Below, one piece after another: positions 7,967-17,059 of a stretch of 37,582 bases of DNA. The first letter of the stretch is position 1; every line of letters begins with the position of its first letter. The notes under the pieces were generated by a model. The model saw only the letters and a list, made by a program, of their open reading frames with translations, did no database searches and was not told the DNA's origin. A program made the position numbers and the translations under genes. Origin of the DNA: Patescibacteria group bacterium. GTDB taxonomy: Bacteria > Patescibacteriota > Minisyncoccia > UBA6257 > 02-FULL-45-10c. The stretch covers positions 1 to 37,582 of the forward strand of contig JAMCXE010000037.1 in NCBI GenBank assembly GCA_023474975.1, in the 5' to 3' direction.

Positions 7967-8539
7967 ATGCTTAGCTACAATGAACTAAAAATAGGAACGC
8001 TTTTTTCTTTTGAAGGAACTCCTTATGAGGTTTTGGATTATGAATTTTTAAGAATGCAGCAAAGAAAACCGGTTGCCAAAACCAGGATAAAAAATCTTTT
8101 AACCGGACAGGTGATCGAAAGAAACTTTCACCAAAACGAAGCGCTAAAAGAAATCGAAATAGACAAAGTACCCATAATCTATCTATACAGCCATCGCGAT
8201 GAATACTGGTTCTGCGAAAAAGGAAATCCGAAAAACAGATTCCAACTTCCCAAAACAAAAATCGACGGAGGCATCCAATTCATAAAACCCAACACCGAAG
8301 TACTGGCTATGAAACTTGGGGAGCAGATCCTAACGGTTAAACTACCGGTAAAAGTTGAAATAAAGATAAAAGAAACTCCTCCCGGTGAACGCGGAAATAC
8401 CGCGCAGGGCGGAACAAAAACAGCCGTTCTGGAAACCGGAGCCGAAGTTGCGGTTCCACTATTCATCAATAACGACGACATTATCCGCGTCAACACAGAA
8501 ACCGGAGATTACGTGGAAAGAATTGAAAAAGCCAAATAA
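7967..8539 (+). CDS. efp: Translation elongation factor P.
   Basis: 190 aa. N-terminus YNELKIGTLFSFEGTPYEVLDYEF. C-terminal OB-domain motifs PPGERGNTAQGGTKTAVLETGAEVAVPLFI. Confidence 0.95.
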   Translation: MLSYNELKIGTLFSFEGTPYEVLDYEFLRMQQRKPVAKTRIKNLLTGQVIERNFHQNEALKEIEIDKVPIIYLYSHRDEYWFCEKGNPKNRFQLPKTKIDGGIQFIKPNTEVLAMKLGEQILTVKLPVKVEIKIKETPPGERGNTAQGGTKTAVLETGAEVAVPLFINNDDIIRVNTETGDYVERIEKAK

Positions 8540-8570
8540 CCGCCGACCGTCCATAAAAAAACAACTAAAA

Positions 8571-8615
8571 ACATCCCCGTTTTTGCAGAATAGCGAAAAC
8601 GGGGATGTTTTATTT
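8571..8615. terminator. Bidirectional intrinsic terminator between the convergent efp and ATPase genes.
   Basis: acatccccgtttt-(loop)-aaaacggggatgt, followed by tttatttc. Confidence 0.8.
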
Positions 8616-10162
8616 CAGATCGAATCTTTATCTTTTCCGGAACGATCATTTTCCGGAACTACCTCTTGATCTCCGAAATCCTTACCCAAACTTTGTTCTA
8701 AAACCTTTCTCAGATCAGCTATATCAACCTTCTTTTTTTCTGATCTATCAAAATGCTTTGGTTGTCTCTCTGGTCCGGACTCGATCCTTTCTTCGCTAGC
8801 CGGTTTAAGCACTTCCGACAAACGATGCTCGCCCTTTCTAAGTTCTCTTTCTTGCGCGAATTCAGCTCCGGAAGCGCTCCATTCTCCAGCTATCTTTGCT
8901 GAAACCGCAGCTATCGGCGTGCTATATGCCCTTCTACTATTCTCCACGATAACATCTTTATAATTTTCTTCGGGGGGCTTTGGCGGTGGGATCGTTTTTC
9001 CGGAAAAGGGTTTTGAAGCTACGCCATCTATCATTAGCTTTATGTAAAAATTATATTTTGGAAGATTAACCAGATCGTTAAGCATAAAGTCGGGCTGAAA
9101 TTCTTTTTCCAAGAATTCGGCATCATCAGCGCCAACTCTGAAAGTTATCATCGTACCTACGTTTCCAAAAATAGCATCACGCATTTTTGTGCTATCGCCA
9201 GAGATAAGCTGACGAATATATTGATGCGCCATAATAAGACACAGATGATATTTTCTGGCTTCCGACAAAATAGTGGCAAAAGAATCGGTGGCAAAATTCT
9301 GGAACTCGTCGACATAAAGATAAAAGTCCTTTCTCTCGTTTTCCGGTATATCCATTCTACTCATCGCAGCGAGCTGGATCTTACTTATGATCATAGCGCC
9401 AAGCAAATTAGAGTTGTCCTCGCCTATTCCTCCCTTTGAAAGATTCACGATCAATATCTTACCGTCATCCATAATTTTCCTCATATCAATGGAAGAGTGG
9501 GCCTGACCCAAAATATTCCTAATAAGCGGATTGGTAACGAACTGACCGACCTTGTTCTGAATAGCCGCGGTGGCCTCTGTTTCAAATTTCTGGCTGTATT
9601 TTGCAAATTCGTTCACCCAAAAACTTTTAACCACCGGGTCACTAAGACTGTCAACCACTCTTTTACGGTAATCCTTATCAGAAAGCATACGCATAATACC
9701 AAGAAGCGTAGAGCCGGGATATTCAAGAAGCGCCAAAAGCGTATTATTCAAAATATATTCCATCCTAGCAGACCACATATCAACCCATATTTTTTTAAAA
9801 ACCCCCATTATGCCGGATGCAACCAAATGTCTAAATTCCGAATTAACCTGTTCGAGCGGATTAAAGGCGATCGGAAAATTAACATCCTGAGGATTAAAAT
9901 AAATAACATCATTCACCCTTTCTTCCGGAATAAACTGTAAAATTTTTTCAGCGGCATCTCCGTGAGGGTCTATAAAGCAAACTCCTCTACCCGCTTTAAT
10001 ATCTTCAACAACCATCGTTTCCATAATGGTCGTCTTTGCAGAACCGGACTTTCCAACCAAATACATATGGCGGCGTCTGTCGTCCATTTTAATTCCGAAC
10101 TTCTTTTCGCTGTTCCTGAAATTCGTTATTCCGAAAATTACCGCATCTTCTTTATTGGCCAT
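8615..10162 (-). CDS. TraD/TraG/VirD4-family (type IV coupling protein-like) P-loop ATPase. It is a soluble form with no N-terminal TM helices.
   Basis: Walker A LVGKSGSAKTT. Walker B-like FYLYVDEFQNFAT. TraG/TraD C-terminal-type motif ARKYHLCLIMAHQYIRQL. It ends in a charged low-complexity tail. Confidence 0.75.
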   Translation of the reverse strand: MANKEDAVIFGITNFRNSEKKFGIKMDDRRRHMYLVGKSGSAKTTIMETMVVEDIKAGRGVCFIDPHGDAAEKILQFIPEERVNDVIYFNPQDVNFPIAFNPLEQVNSEFRHLVASGIMGVFKKIWVDMWSARMEYILNNTLLALLEYPGSTLLGIMRMLSDKDYRKRVVDSLSDPVVKSFWVNEFAKYSQKFETEATAAIQNKVGQFVTNPLIRNILGQAHSSIDMRKIMDDGKILIVNLSKGGIGEDNSNLLGAMIISKIQLAAMSRMDIPENERKDFYLYVDEFQNFATDSFATILSEARKYHLCLIMAHQYIRQLISGDSTKMRDAIFGNVGTMITFRVGADDAEFLEKEFQPDFMLNDLVNLPKYNFYIKLMIDGVASKPFSGKTIPPPKPPEENYKDVIVENSRRAYSTPIAAVSAKIAGEWSASGAEFAQERELRKGEHRLSEVLKPASEERIESGPERQPKHFDRSEKKKVDIADLRKVLEQSLGKDFGDQEVVPENDRSGKDKDSI

Positions 10163-10173
10163 AGATAATTTAA

Positions 10174-11433
10174 TTATATCGGTAAATTAGACGGGGGCTC
10201 GCCCTTTCTTGTTTCTACCCTGCGAAGCATCGGAGATCCAACCGATGTTATCGGGAAATGATAAACCGTAGCCAATTCTTCCGTGCACAGAATAGAAGTT
10301 TTGGTAGGAAACATTCTATCTTTATACGCATCGTACATAGCTCTCTTGGTATAGGTCTTACTTTTTCTAAATAAAAACTTTGCAGTGGGTTTAGGACCGG
10401 CCTTAAAAGAATTTTTATCCTGAGTTCCAAATTGCTTAAAAGCTCCAAGCAGAGCCGCAACATTAAGCTGAGTAAACTCATCTTTCCTGTCTATATATAT
10501 GTACCGAATCGCGGTTTGAAATCCGTATTTAGCTATTTTGTTCTCTATAGCTTCAACAACGTTTCTTTCTCCCGGAGATAAGGTAACGGTCTTGCCCTTG
10601 TCCTCGGAAGGCTTTGGGGCGGACCACTCCGGATGAATGACCGGCGCGCGAAAAAGATGATAGATAAATTCACCCAAACCCTTGATAACTCCCATTAAAA
10701 AGCTGGGTTTTTTATCCGGTTTTTTCCTGCCATACATCTTATCTCTTATTTCTTCTCCTTCTTTTTTCCAGCTGTCTCCAACCGGCCTGATAAGATACTG
10801 AAGCCAAAGAGCCTCACCTTCCTTCAATCTAGACATTACCTCAGTTATGGCTGAAACGGGATCAAGACGCTGCTCTTCAACATTGGCTTCAAAATACGGA
10901 TAGGTTTGTATCGGATACGGATTCGGCTTGGCTAATATATAATCGCCGGCGGCGATATCATATACATCGTTTGGCAAGATCGCGGGCATAAAATTAACAT
11001 AATCGTCGGAAACATTTATTTCCGCGTCTGAATATTCGGAATAGATCGCGTTCTCAACCAAGTGCTTGGCGCTTTCCGGAGCTCGAACAAAGAAACTGAC
11101 CCCACCGGCGTAACCAACCAATTCAAACGAATACCACGGAAGTACCTTTCCTTTAAAAAAAACCTCTTTCCACTCCGGATCAGGCTCAACAATACTATGA
11201 AGAGCGGAAAAAATATTATCCATTGCTTTTGGAGTTTTTAAAACATTGCCGGGGATCTTCAACTCCAAAAAAACCCACTTCATATTTTTAATATACAGCA
11301 TCTTCTGCCCGCGCTCCCAAAGATCAATAAAAATAAAAAATAAGCCAGCAGGCAAAATCACCCACCAGCCATATTTTATGATCATCCAAATAACATTAAA
11401 TGTTCCGGATATAATCGCCCAAAAGTCTATCAT
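10174..11433 (-). CDS. Membrane-anchored protein of unknown function: N-terminal 2-TM hairpin plus a large soluble domain. It lies directly upstream of the ATPase with an 11-nt gap.
   Basis: 419-aa ORF. The N-terminus AIISGTFNVIWMIIKYGWWVILPAGLFFIFIDLW is hydrophobic. I recognise no catalytic motif. The tight spacing implies co-transcription with 8615..10162. Confidence 0.65.
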   Translation of the reverse strand: MIDFWAIISGTFNVIWMIIKYGWWVILPAGLFFIFIDLWERGQKMLYIKNMKWVFLELKIPGNVLKTPKAMDNIFSALHSIVEPDPEWKEVFFKGKVLPWYSFELVGYAGGVSFFVRAPESAKHLVENAIYSEYSDAEINVSDDYVNFMPAILPNDVYDIAAGDYILAKPNPYPIQTYPYFEANVEEQRLDPVSAITEVMSRLKEGEALWLQYLIRPVGDSWKKEGEEIRDKMYGRKKPDKKPSFLMGVIKGLGEFIYHLFRAPVIHPEWSAPKPSEDKGKTVTLSPGERNVVEAIENKIAKYGFQTAIRYIYIDRKDEFTQLNVAALLGAFKQFGTQDKNSFKAGPKPTAKFLFRKSKTYTKRAMYDAYKDRMFPTKTSILCTEELATVYHFPITSVGSPMLRRVETRKGEPPSNLPI

Positions 11434-11513
11434 AGATATATTTTAACAAATAAATTTACAATTACCAATTTTCAATTTTCAAAAAACAAAAGAAGAGAGA
11501 GCAAAAATTTGCT

Positions 11514-12560
11514 TTATGCGAGATTAACCTGATACTTGCCATTATCAATACGAGTAAAATGCTTCTTATTTTGCAAATTGATAAATATTGTATTTTTCTT
11601 AAAAACTCTCTCCTTGAGAACGAGATCTATCAATTCTTTCGGTTTAAGAGGCCCGTGCTCTTTTAGAATCCTCATCATTACTTCTTTGGCGGTACCCGGA
11701 ACATAGCCATGCTCCTGAAGTCCATATATTCCCCTGCCAACCAAAACAAATTTGCTGTCCTTGATAAGCTCATTATGAACGGTCTGAGGATTTATGCTTT
11801 TTTCTGAATTTTTATATTTTCCTATTGCAGACGCAATCTCAACAAAGTGAAGAGGCTTCTTTTCCTTCTTCAGCACAGCATAAGCCCAATCGCGGATAGT
11901 CCGCGGATTAGTCTCCTTCCAATCAGATAATCCAAATTCTCCAAAACTATTAATGTGAAAATCCTTAGAAAGAGAAATGAAATTTATAGCAACTAAGTCT
12001 TTTAGATTGTGCGGTTTTATGGCCTCTGCAAAAACTTTATCCATACTACCATGAGAAAGAACTTTTTCTTTCTTGGTCTTCATATATTTAAGAAGCTTGG
12101 AAACGAAACTTAATATTTTTTTATTCTCGGACTCTTCCTGGTACCAGTAAGAGTAGAAACTTTCGTTCTCGGCCGAATACTTTGGATCGCCATTAAGCTC
12201 CAACAAGAACTTCACGCGATTATCAAAGACCGAAGAAGCGCTTTCGCTTAACAACAACTGAAGGTCGGCTAAAAGCAAAGCTTCGCGTCTTGCGCCGCCT
12301 AAATTTTTGATATGTTCATTTACCGTTGCTGCAAAATCTTTCAAGATGCCACTCTTGATAAATTCCCTGAGCTCTTTAAGCGCCCCAGCTTCGATCTGTC
12401 TCACCCTTTCACGGGTAATACCAAAACTAGTTCCTAGCTCGGCTAAAGTAAGGGTCTTGCCATCGCTTAAACCATAACGACGATCAATAACCTCCCTTTG
12501 ACGGGCATTCAAAACACTTAAGACCTGATCCAATAATTTTTCGATATTTACCGTATTCAT
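11514..12560 (-). CDS. Sigma-70 region-4-like HTH fused to a C-terminal HARE-HTH (RpoE-delta-like) domain.
   Basis: The N-terminus LNARQREVIDRRYGLSDGKTLTLAELGTSFGITRERVRQIEAGALKELR is classic sigma region 4.2. The C-terminus TIRDWAYAVLKKEKKPLHFVEIASAIGKY...VHNELIKDSKFVLVGRGIYGLQEHGY resembles HARE-HTH. Regions 2 and 3 of a true sigma factor are absent. Confidence 0.7.
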   Translation of the reverse strand: MNTVNIEKLLDQVLSVLNARQREVIDRRYGLSDGKTLTLAELGTSFGITRERVRQIEAGALKELREFIKSGILKDFAATVNEHIKNLGGARREALLLADLQLLLSESASSVFDNRVKFLLELNGDPKYSAENESFYSYWYQEESENKKILSFVSKLLKYMKTKKEKVLSHGSMDKVFAEAIKPHNLKDLVAINFISLSKDFHINSFGEFGLSDWKETNPRTIRDWAYAVLKKEKKPLHFVEIASAIGKYKNSEKSINPQTVHNELIKDSKFVLVGRGIYGLQEHGYVPGTAKEVMMRILKEHGPLKPKELIDLVLKERVFKKNTIFINLQNKKHFTRIDNGKYQVNLA

Positions 12561-12608
12561 ACTCTATAATTGCCTGCGTATTATTTATTGAAATTATAAT
12601 ACCATATC

Positions 12609-13505
12609 CTATTTATTTTGTAAATAGGTAAGTAGAGGGCTGGCCATAAAGATGGATGAGTATGTACCAATGATCGTTCCAACTAAGATCAAAAGAACGA
12701 AATAACTCATCGTCGGAGCCCCGAATAAGAACATAGCCGAAAGCACTATGGCTAAAGTAAGGGACGTGTTTATCGATCTGGCAAAAGTCTGGTTAACGCT
12801 GATATTTATTATATCGCCGAGACTTTTACCCTTATGCAGAATAAGATTTTCTCTTATTCTATCAAAGACAACGATCGTGTCGTGAACCGAAAAACCCATT
12901 ATCACCAAAATAGCCACAATAAAATTACTGTCTATTTCCAATCCCTTCAAATGGCCGAACCACGCATATAAACCAGCCGGAATAACAGCGTCGTGGAAAA
13001 GACAGACTAGGGTAGCAACTCCATATTTCCATGAGCTGACCGGATAAGAAACCTTTCTGAAAGCAAAAGCGATATATAAAGAAATTCCAAGAAGCACGAG
13101 AATGAAAGCCCATATAGCTTTACTGCGCAACTCGGAGCCAATGGTCGGACCGATGCTCTGAAAGCCTAACTCTTCAACGGGACCTTGAGATGAGAAATCC
13201 TGATTCATCTTCGCAAGATATTCCTGATGCTGATTCTCGGAAAGCTCATTGGTCCTTATCATCATCACATCATTTTCCGAACCGGTAGTAACGACTGCAT
13301 TATCTATCTTCAAATTATTCTGTAAATAATTTTGCAATTCTTGGACAGAAACGGTGCCGCTAGTGAATCTTATCTGCCACAAAGCACCTCCGGAAAAATC
13401 GATCCCCTCTTTAAACCCAAATGTGAAAATACTTACGAGCGCCAAAACAAGCATCAATAAAGAAAAACCGATAAATATTTTTTTGTATTTTATTAAGTCA
13501 AACAT
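12609..13505 (-). CDS. secF: Protein translocase subunit SecF.
   Basis: 298 aa. GIDFSGGALWQIRF, six TM segments, and position immediately after secD. Confidence 0.9.
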   Translation of the reverse strand: MFDLIKYKKIFIGFSLLMLVLALVSIFTFGFKEGIDFSGGALWQIRFTSGTVSVQELQNYLQNNLKIDNAVVTTGSENDVMMIRTNELSENQHQEYLAKMNQDFSSQGPVEELGFQSIGPTIGSELRSKAIWAFILVLLGISLYIAFAFRKVSYPVSSWKYGVATLVCLFHDAVIPAGLYAWFGHLKGLEIDSNFIVAILVIMGFSVHDTIVVFDRIRENLILHKGKSLGDIINISVNQTFARSINTSLTLAIVLSAMFLFGAPTMSYFVLLILVGTIIGTYSSIFMASPLLTYLQNK

Positions 13506-13530
13506 AGTAGTGATTTATATTTTTATTTGT

Positions 13531-14829
13531 CTATTTTCCTTTAGTTGTTGATTTCGACGCATTTCTTATATAAAAGATCTTCAATAAATTCTCAGTAACG
13601 GTAATGGCAGTGAACATGCTGACGACTACGCCGATCAGCAAAGTTAGGGCAAAACCCTGAACAAAACTTGAAGTGAACATATACAAAATCAACGCAGTTA
13701 AGATGGTAGTTAGGTTTGAATCCCTAATAGAAGTCCAAGCCCGCCTAAAACCTTCCGCAATAGCGGTGGTTCTTTCCAAGCCCTTCTTCATTTCTTCTCT
13801 TGTCCTTTCGAATATCAATACGTTAGCGTCAACGGCCATGCCGATGGATAAAATGAAACCAGCGATACCAGACAATGACATAGTGACCGAAAAAAGTTTA
13901 AATACGGCAAGCGAAAGAGCTATGTATATAGCTAATGCGATGACCGCAAAGAAACCCAGACCATGGTAATAAAGAACCATAAAAAGCATAACTGCCAAAG
14001 TACCCAAGATACCGGCCCATATAGTTTTCTGCAAAGAATCCTGTCCGAGAGAAGCGCTTACCGTCTGCTGATCTATCAATTTGATAGGAGCGGGCAGAGC
14101 GCCGGCATTGAACCTCTCAACTAATTGCTGAGCTTCTTTCAGATCATTGATGCCGGTTATTTCGGCCTTACCCCCAGAGATAGCTTCATTTACTCTCGGC
14201 GCACTGATTATCTCATTATCTAAAACTATGGCCAGCGGCTTGCCGACATTCCTTGAAGTCAGATCTTCGAACATTTTTGCCCCCTGATCATTGAAACTTA
14301 TATTTACTACCGGAAGACCAACTTGACTGAACGAAAGTTGCGCACCCTGCACGTATCTGCCGTTAAGATCGCTAAAAACCAACTGCTGATTCTGACCAGC
14401 GGCGGTAGAAGTGGCTGAAGTAGATGTAGCTGCCGTTTCTTTCACTTCGGCGAACTGCAAAAATGGCGTCTCGCCGATCTGCTTTATCGCCTGATTAACA
14501 TCTTTGATTCCGGCAAGTTCCACATTCAAACGATAGCTATCTCCGGATATGGAAGATGTAACCCTAGGCTCCGAAACACCGAAAAGATTCACTCTTTTTT
14601 CGATGACATCGCGCAAACCGTTCATAACCGAATTCCTATCGGCAACAGCTACTCCGGACATATCAACATCATAAACAAGATAGCTTCCCCCGACGAGATC
14701 CAATCCCAATCTCCAAGGAAGATACTGACTAAGATATCCGCCGATCGGCGCTTTCGGATAAACGAAGAACACCGAAGCGATCGTAAGAATTAATACTAAT
14801 GTGAACAAAGATACGCTTTTTGCTTTCAT
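13531..14829 (-). CDS. secD: Protein translocase subunit SecD.
   Basis: 432 aa. LGLDLVGGSYLVYDVD, a periplasmic P1 head, and the C-terminal TM bundle GIAGFILSIGMAVDANVLIFER. Confidence 0.9.
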   Translation of the reverse strand: MKAKSVSLFTLVLILTIASVFFVYPKAPIGGYLSQYLPWRLGLDLVGGSYLVYDVDMSGVAVADRNSVMNGLRDVIEKRVNLFGVSEPRVTSSISGDSYRLNVELAGIKDVNQAIKQIGETPFLQFAEVKETAATSTSATSTAAGQNQQLVFSDLNGRYVQGAQLSFSQVGLPVVNISFNDQGAKMFEDLTSRNVGKPLAIVLDNEIISAPRVNEAISGGKAEITGINDLKEAQQLVERFNAGALPAPIKLIDQQTVSASLGQDSLQKTIWAGILGTLAVMLFMVLYYHGLGFFAVIALAIYIALSLAVFKLFSVTMSLSGIAGFILSIGMAVDANVLIFERTREEMKKGLERTTAIAEGFRRAWTSIRDSNLTTILTALILYMFTSSFVQGFALTLLIGVVVSMFTAITVTENLLKIFYIRNASKSTTKGK

Positions 14830-14909
14830 TTTTTAATTAATATTTAGTTTATAAGACCAATAAATTGCTTTTTATTATACGAAATTTTTTTATAAATGGC
14901 AAATTATAT

Positions 14910-15611
14910 TTAGTAAAAAGATTCCATAAAAATATTTTCATTTGGAACCCCCAACGCCTCAAGATCTTTCCAAATAGCACCTATAAAATGCATCGATCCG
15001 CAAATATAATATTTTTTGCTCTCAACGGAACCAATATATTTTTTAATAAGCCCTTTGCCTATGCGCGAATACTCCCGAACATAGCTATTCTTTTTATTAT
15101 CCTGAGTTAAAAAATATACAACATCTACAGCTCCGCTTCCGGCTAATTCATTCAACTTGTCAAAAAAAGCAACGTCGGAATTTTTTTTATTGCTATATAA
15201 AAGAATGGGCGCCGGATCGATTCGACGAGCCAGTCTGTCTTTGACGATGCTGATAAATGGCGTCACACCTATTCCCCCAGCTATGAACACAAGATCGCCA
15301 AGATCTTCCTCTGGATAAAAATTTCCATAAGGACCATTGAAAATAAATTTATCGCCGATCGTAGAATCTATCAAAGCCGAAGAAAAAACACCCTGCTTTT
15401 TAACGGTCAGGCATACACACTTTTCTTGCGGCGAGCTGGAAATTGTGTAGCACTTTGGCGAACCGGAAAAAGAAGGGATTATCACACTTACGTATTGCCC
15501 GGCGGCAAAATCAAAGACCCGGCCGTCGATCGGCTCAAAAAACAACGAAACTATATTTTCCGCCTCATCTTTTTTTTCGATCAATGCGAATTCCCTATTT
15601 TTGTTGGACAT
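14910..15611 (-). CDS. Ferredoxin-NADP reductase-like (FNR-family) FAD/NAD(P)-binding oxidoreductase.
   Basis: 233 aa. FAD-binding beta-barrel AAGQYVSVII...KCYTISSSP (an RxYS-type variant). NAD(P) fold FIAGGIGVTPFISI and YICGSMHF. Confidence 0.75.
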   Translation of the reverse strand: MSNKNREFALIEKKDEAENIVSLFFEPIDGRVFDFAAGQYVSVIIPSFSGSPKCYTISSSPQEKCVCLTVKKQGVFSSALIDSTIGDKFIFNGPYGNFYPEEDLGDLVFIAGGIGVTPFISIVKDRLARRIDPAPILLYSNKKNSDVAFFDKLNELAGSGAVDVVYFLTQDNKKNSYVREYSRIGKGLIKKYIGSVESKKYYICGSMHFIGAIWKDLEALGVPNENIFMESFY

Positions 15612-15613
15612 AT

Positions 15614-16516
15614 TTACTTTTTAAATACCAGCACAAAGGCCGGGCACATTTTTATCGGATAATATGAAAGCTTTGCCTTCCTAAGCCCCTCGATACCCAG
15701 ATCCTCTTCTCTATTTATGTATTTATAACCTTCAGATAAAATTTTTTTTGCTGTTTCTCTGTTTATTAGCTGATACAAACCCCTATATTCTTTTTCGGCT
15801 TTTTCATAGTGAACCGCGCACATTAGTGAATTAATAGGCTCGTATATTGAAAAGGCCACCGGCTTTCCGTCTATGCGTATCAAAATACCCTCTTCTTTAA
15901 GCTTTTCGAAATTATTCAAAACGAAATCTAAGGATTCCAGTTCCTGAGAAATAGACAAGTTTCCGCCCAAATCCCGCTTGCCATATATATTATCCATCAC
16001 GGCGAAACAATCGGAAATATTCCCAGAAGATATCGACTCGCTTGTCCATTTATAATTCTTTTCAAATTGACTCAGCAAATTTCTTTTGGGCTGATACTTC
16101 CTTCCTTCGAGCAGCGCAAGACTTTCAGCCAAATAAATATAGTTATCCATATCACGGCGATCCACCCTTTCAAAATGAGAAACAAACTCGACGTATCTGC
16201 CGATAAATTCTTCTGAAACTCCATATATTTTTAACTCGTATTCTAACGAACGCGCATATTCAATGACCTCATCCTGTAATTTCTTTGGAAACTCACCTAT
16301 CGGACAAACTAATTGATCCCTTCGATCTTCTGGCTCCGTGAATTTTATAAGTAAAGTATCATTGGCGATCGCCCATTTATACCGATATATACTCCCCCAT
16401 GACATAAAAGTAGAAAAAGTGAACACCGAAAGACAAGACGAATAATATTTCGATAAATATGGGTCTATTGTTTCTTTGTCTTCTAAAGAAAAATTTTTAA
16501 AAATCATGCCCTTCAT
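15614..16516 (-). CDS. DUF2156 protein, resembling the C-terminal synthase domain of aminoacyl-phosphatidylglycerol synthase. It stands alone with no membrane domain.
   Basis: 300 aa. The N-terminal pattern FSLEDKETIDPYLSKYYSSCLSVFTFSTFMSWGSIYRYKWAIANDTLLI matches my memory of DUF2156/LPG_synthase_C. This call is from recall, not a search. Confidence 0.6.
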   Translation of the reverse strand: MKGMIFKNFSLEDKETIDPYLSKYYSSCLSVFTFSTFMSWGSIYRYKWAIANDTLLIKFTEPEDRRDQLVCPIGEFPKKLQDEVIEYARSLEYELKIYGVSEEFIGRYVEFVSHFERVDRRDMDNYIYLAESLALLEGRKYQPKRNLLSQFEKNYKWTSESISSGNISDCFAVMDNIYGKRDLGGNLSISQELESLDFVLNNFEKLKEEGILIRIDGKPVAFSIYEPINSLMCAVHYEKAEKEYRGLYQLINRETAKKILSEGYKYINREEDLGIEGLRKAKLSYYPIKMCPAFVLVFKK

Positions 16517-16525
16517 TTGAAAATT

Positions 16526-16939
16526 TTAATCTATTTTTTGAAACTGCATCGGAGTATAGCCATCCATTTTTTTAAATCCGGTTTTTTCATAAACGCTCAC
16601 GCTTCCCGGAGCAGCGATCAGCGCGATCCATTGAATGTTCTTGGAAATACAATAATTCAATAATTCTTTAACGATACCCGTAGCGATTCCCTTTTTACGA
16701 TAATTTTCATCTACAAATATATCCTGAATATAAGCATCGTTAAAAGCATCCGAAAGAGCGCGACCCATACCAACCAGATCATCCCCACTCCAAGCCGTTA
16801 CAAAACAAAAACTTCCGGATATAAGCTTAGAAATCTGTTCGAACGAACAAGACTTTTTCCACCACCCGCTCATCTTATATAGATCACAAACTTTTGAAAA
16901 CTCTTTTTCCTCGATCTTTGATTTATATTTTATCGTCAT
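16526..16939 (-). CDS. GNAT-family N-acetyltransferase.
   Basis: 137 aa. Acetyl-CoA motif A is VDENYRKKGIATGIVKELLNY. Confidence 0.85.
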   Translation of the reverse strand: MTIKYKSKIEEKEFSKVCDLYKMSGWWKKSCSFEQISKLISGSFCFVTAWSGDDLVGMGRALSDAFNDAYIQDIFVDENYRKKGIATGIVKELLNYCISKNIQWIALIAAPGSVSVYEKTGFKKMDGYTPMQFQKID

Positions 16940-17059
16940 TTAATTTATTCACGCATTGTCTTAATCATTCAATCCTAACTATAAACGAATGTCTTAAAGA
17001 TTCCAATAATTAACAAAGCGATCATTGCCCCAAACTCGCCAAAAGGTTAAAATTTCCTA

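Noticed and set aside
8615-12560. The TraD/VirD4-like ATPase as evidence for an integrated conjugative element or prophage.
   Set aside because: The neighbourhood has no integrase, relaxase, VirB4/VirB6, pilin, att repeats or compositional break. The flanks are efp and secDF.
16940-17059. The gene-orientation switch (minus-strand genes to the left, plus-strand genes to the right), considered as a possible replication origin. The convergent switch at 30192-30288 was considered as a terminus.
   Set aside because: The spacer is only 120 bp and contains no DnaA-box-like 9-mers. Strand switches over 13 kb are too local to indicate replichore boundaries without GC-skew data.
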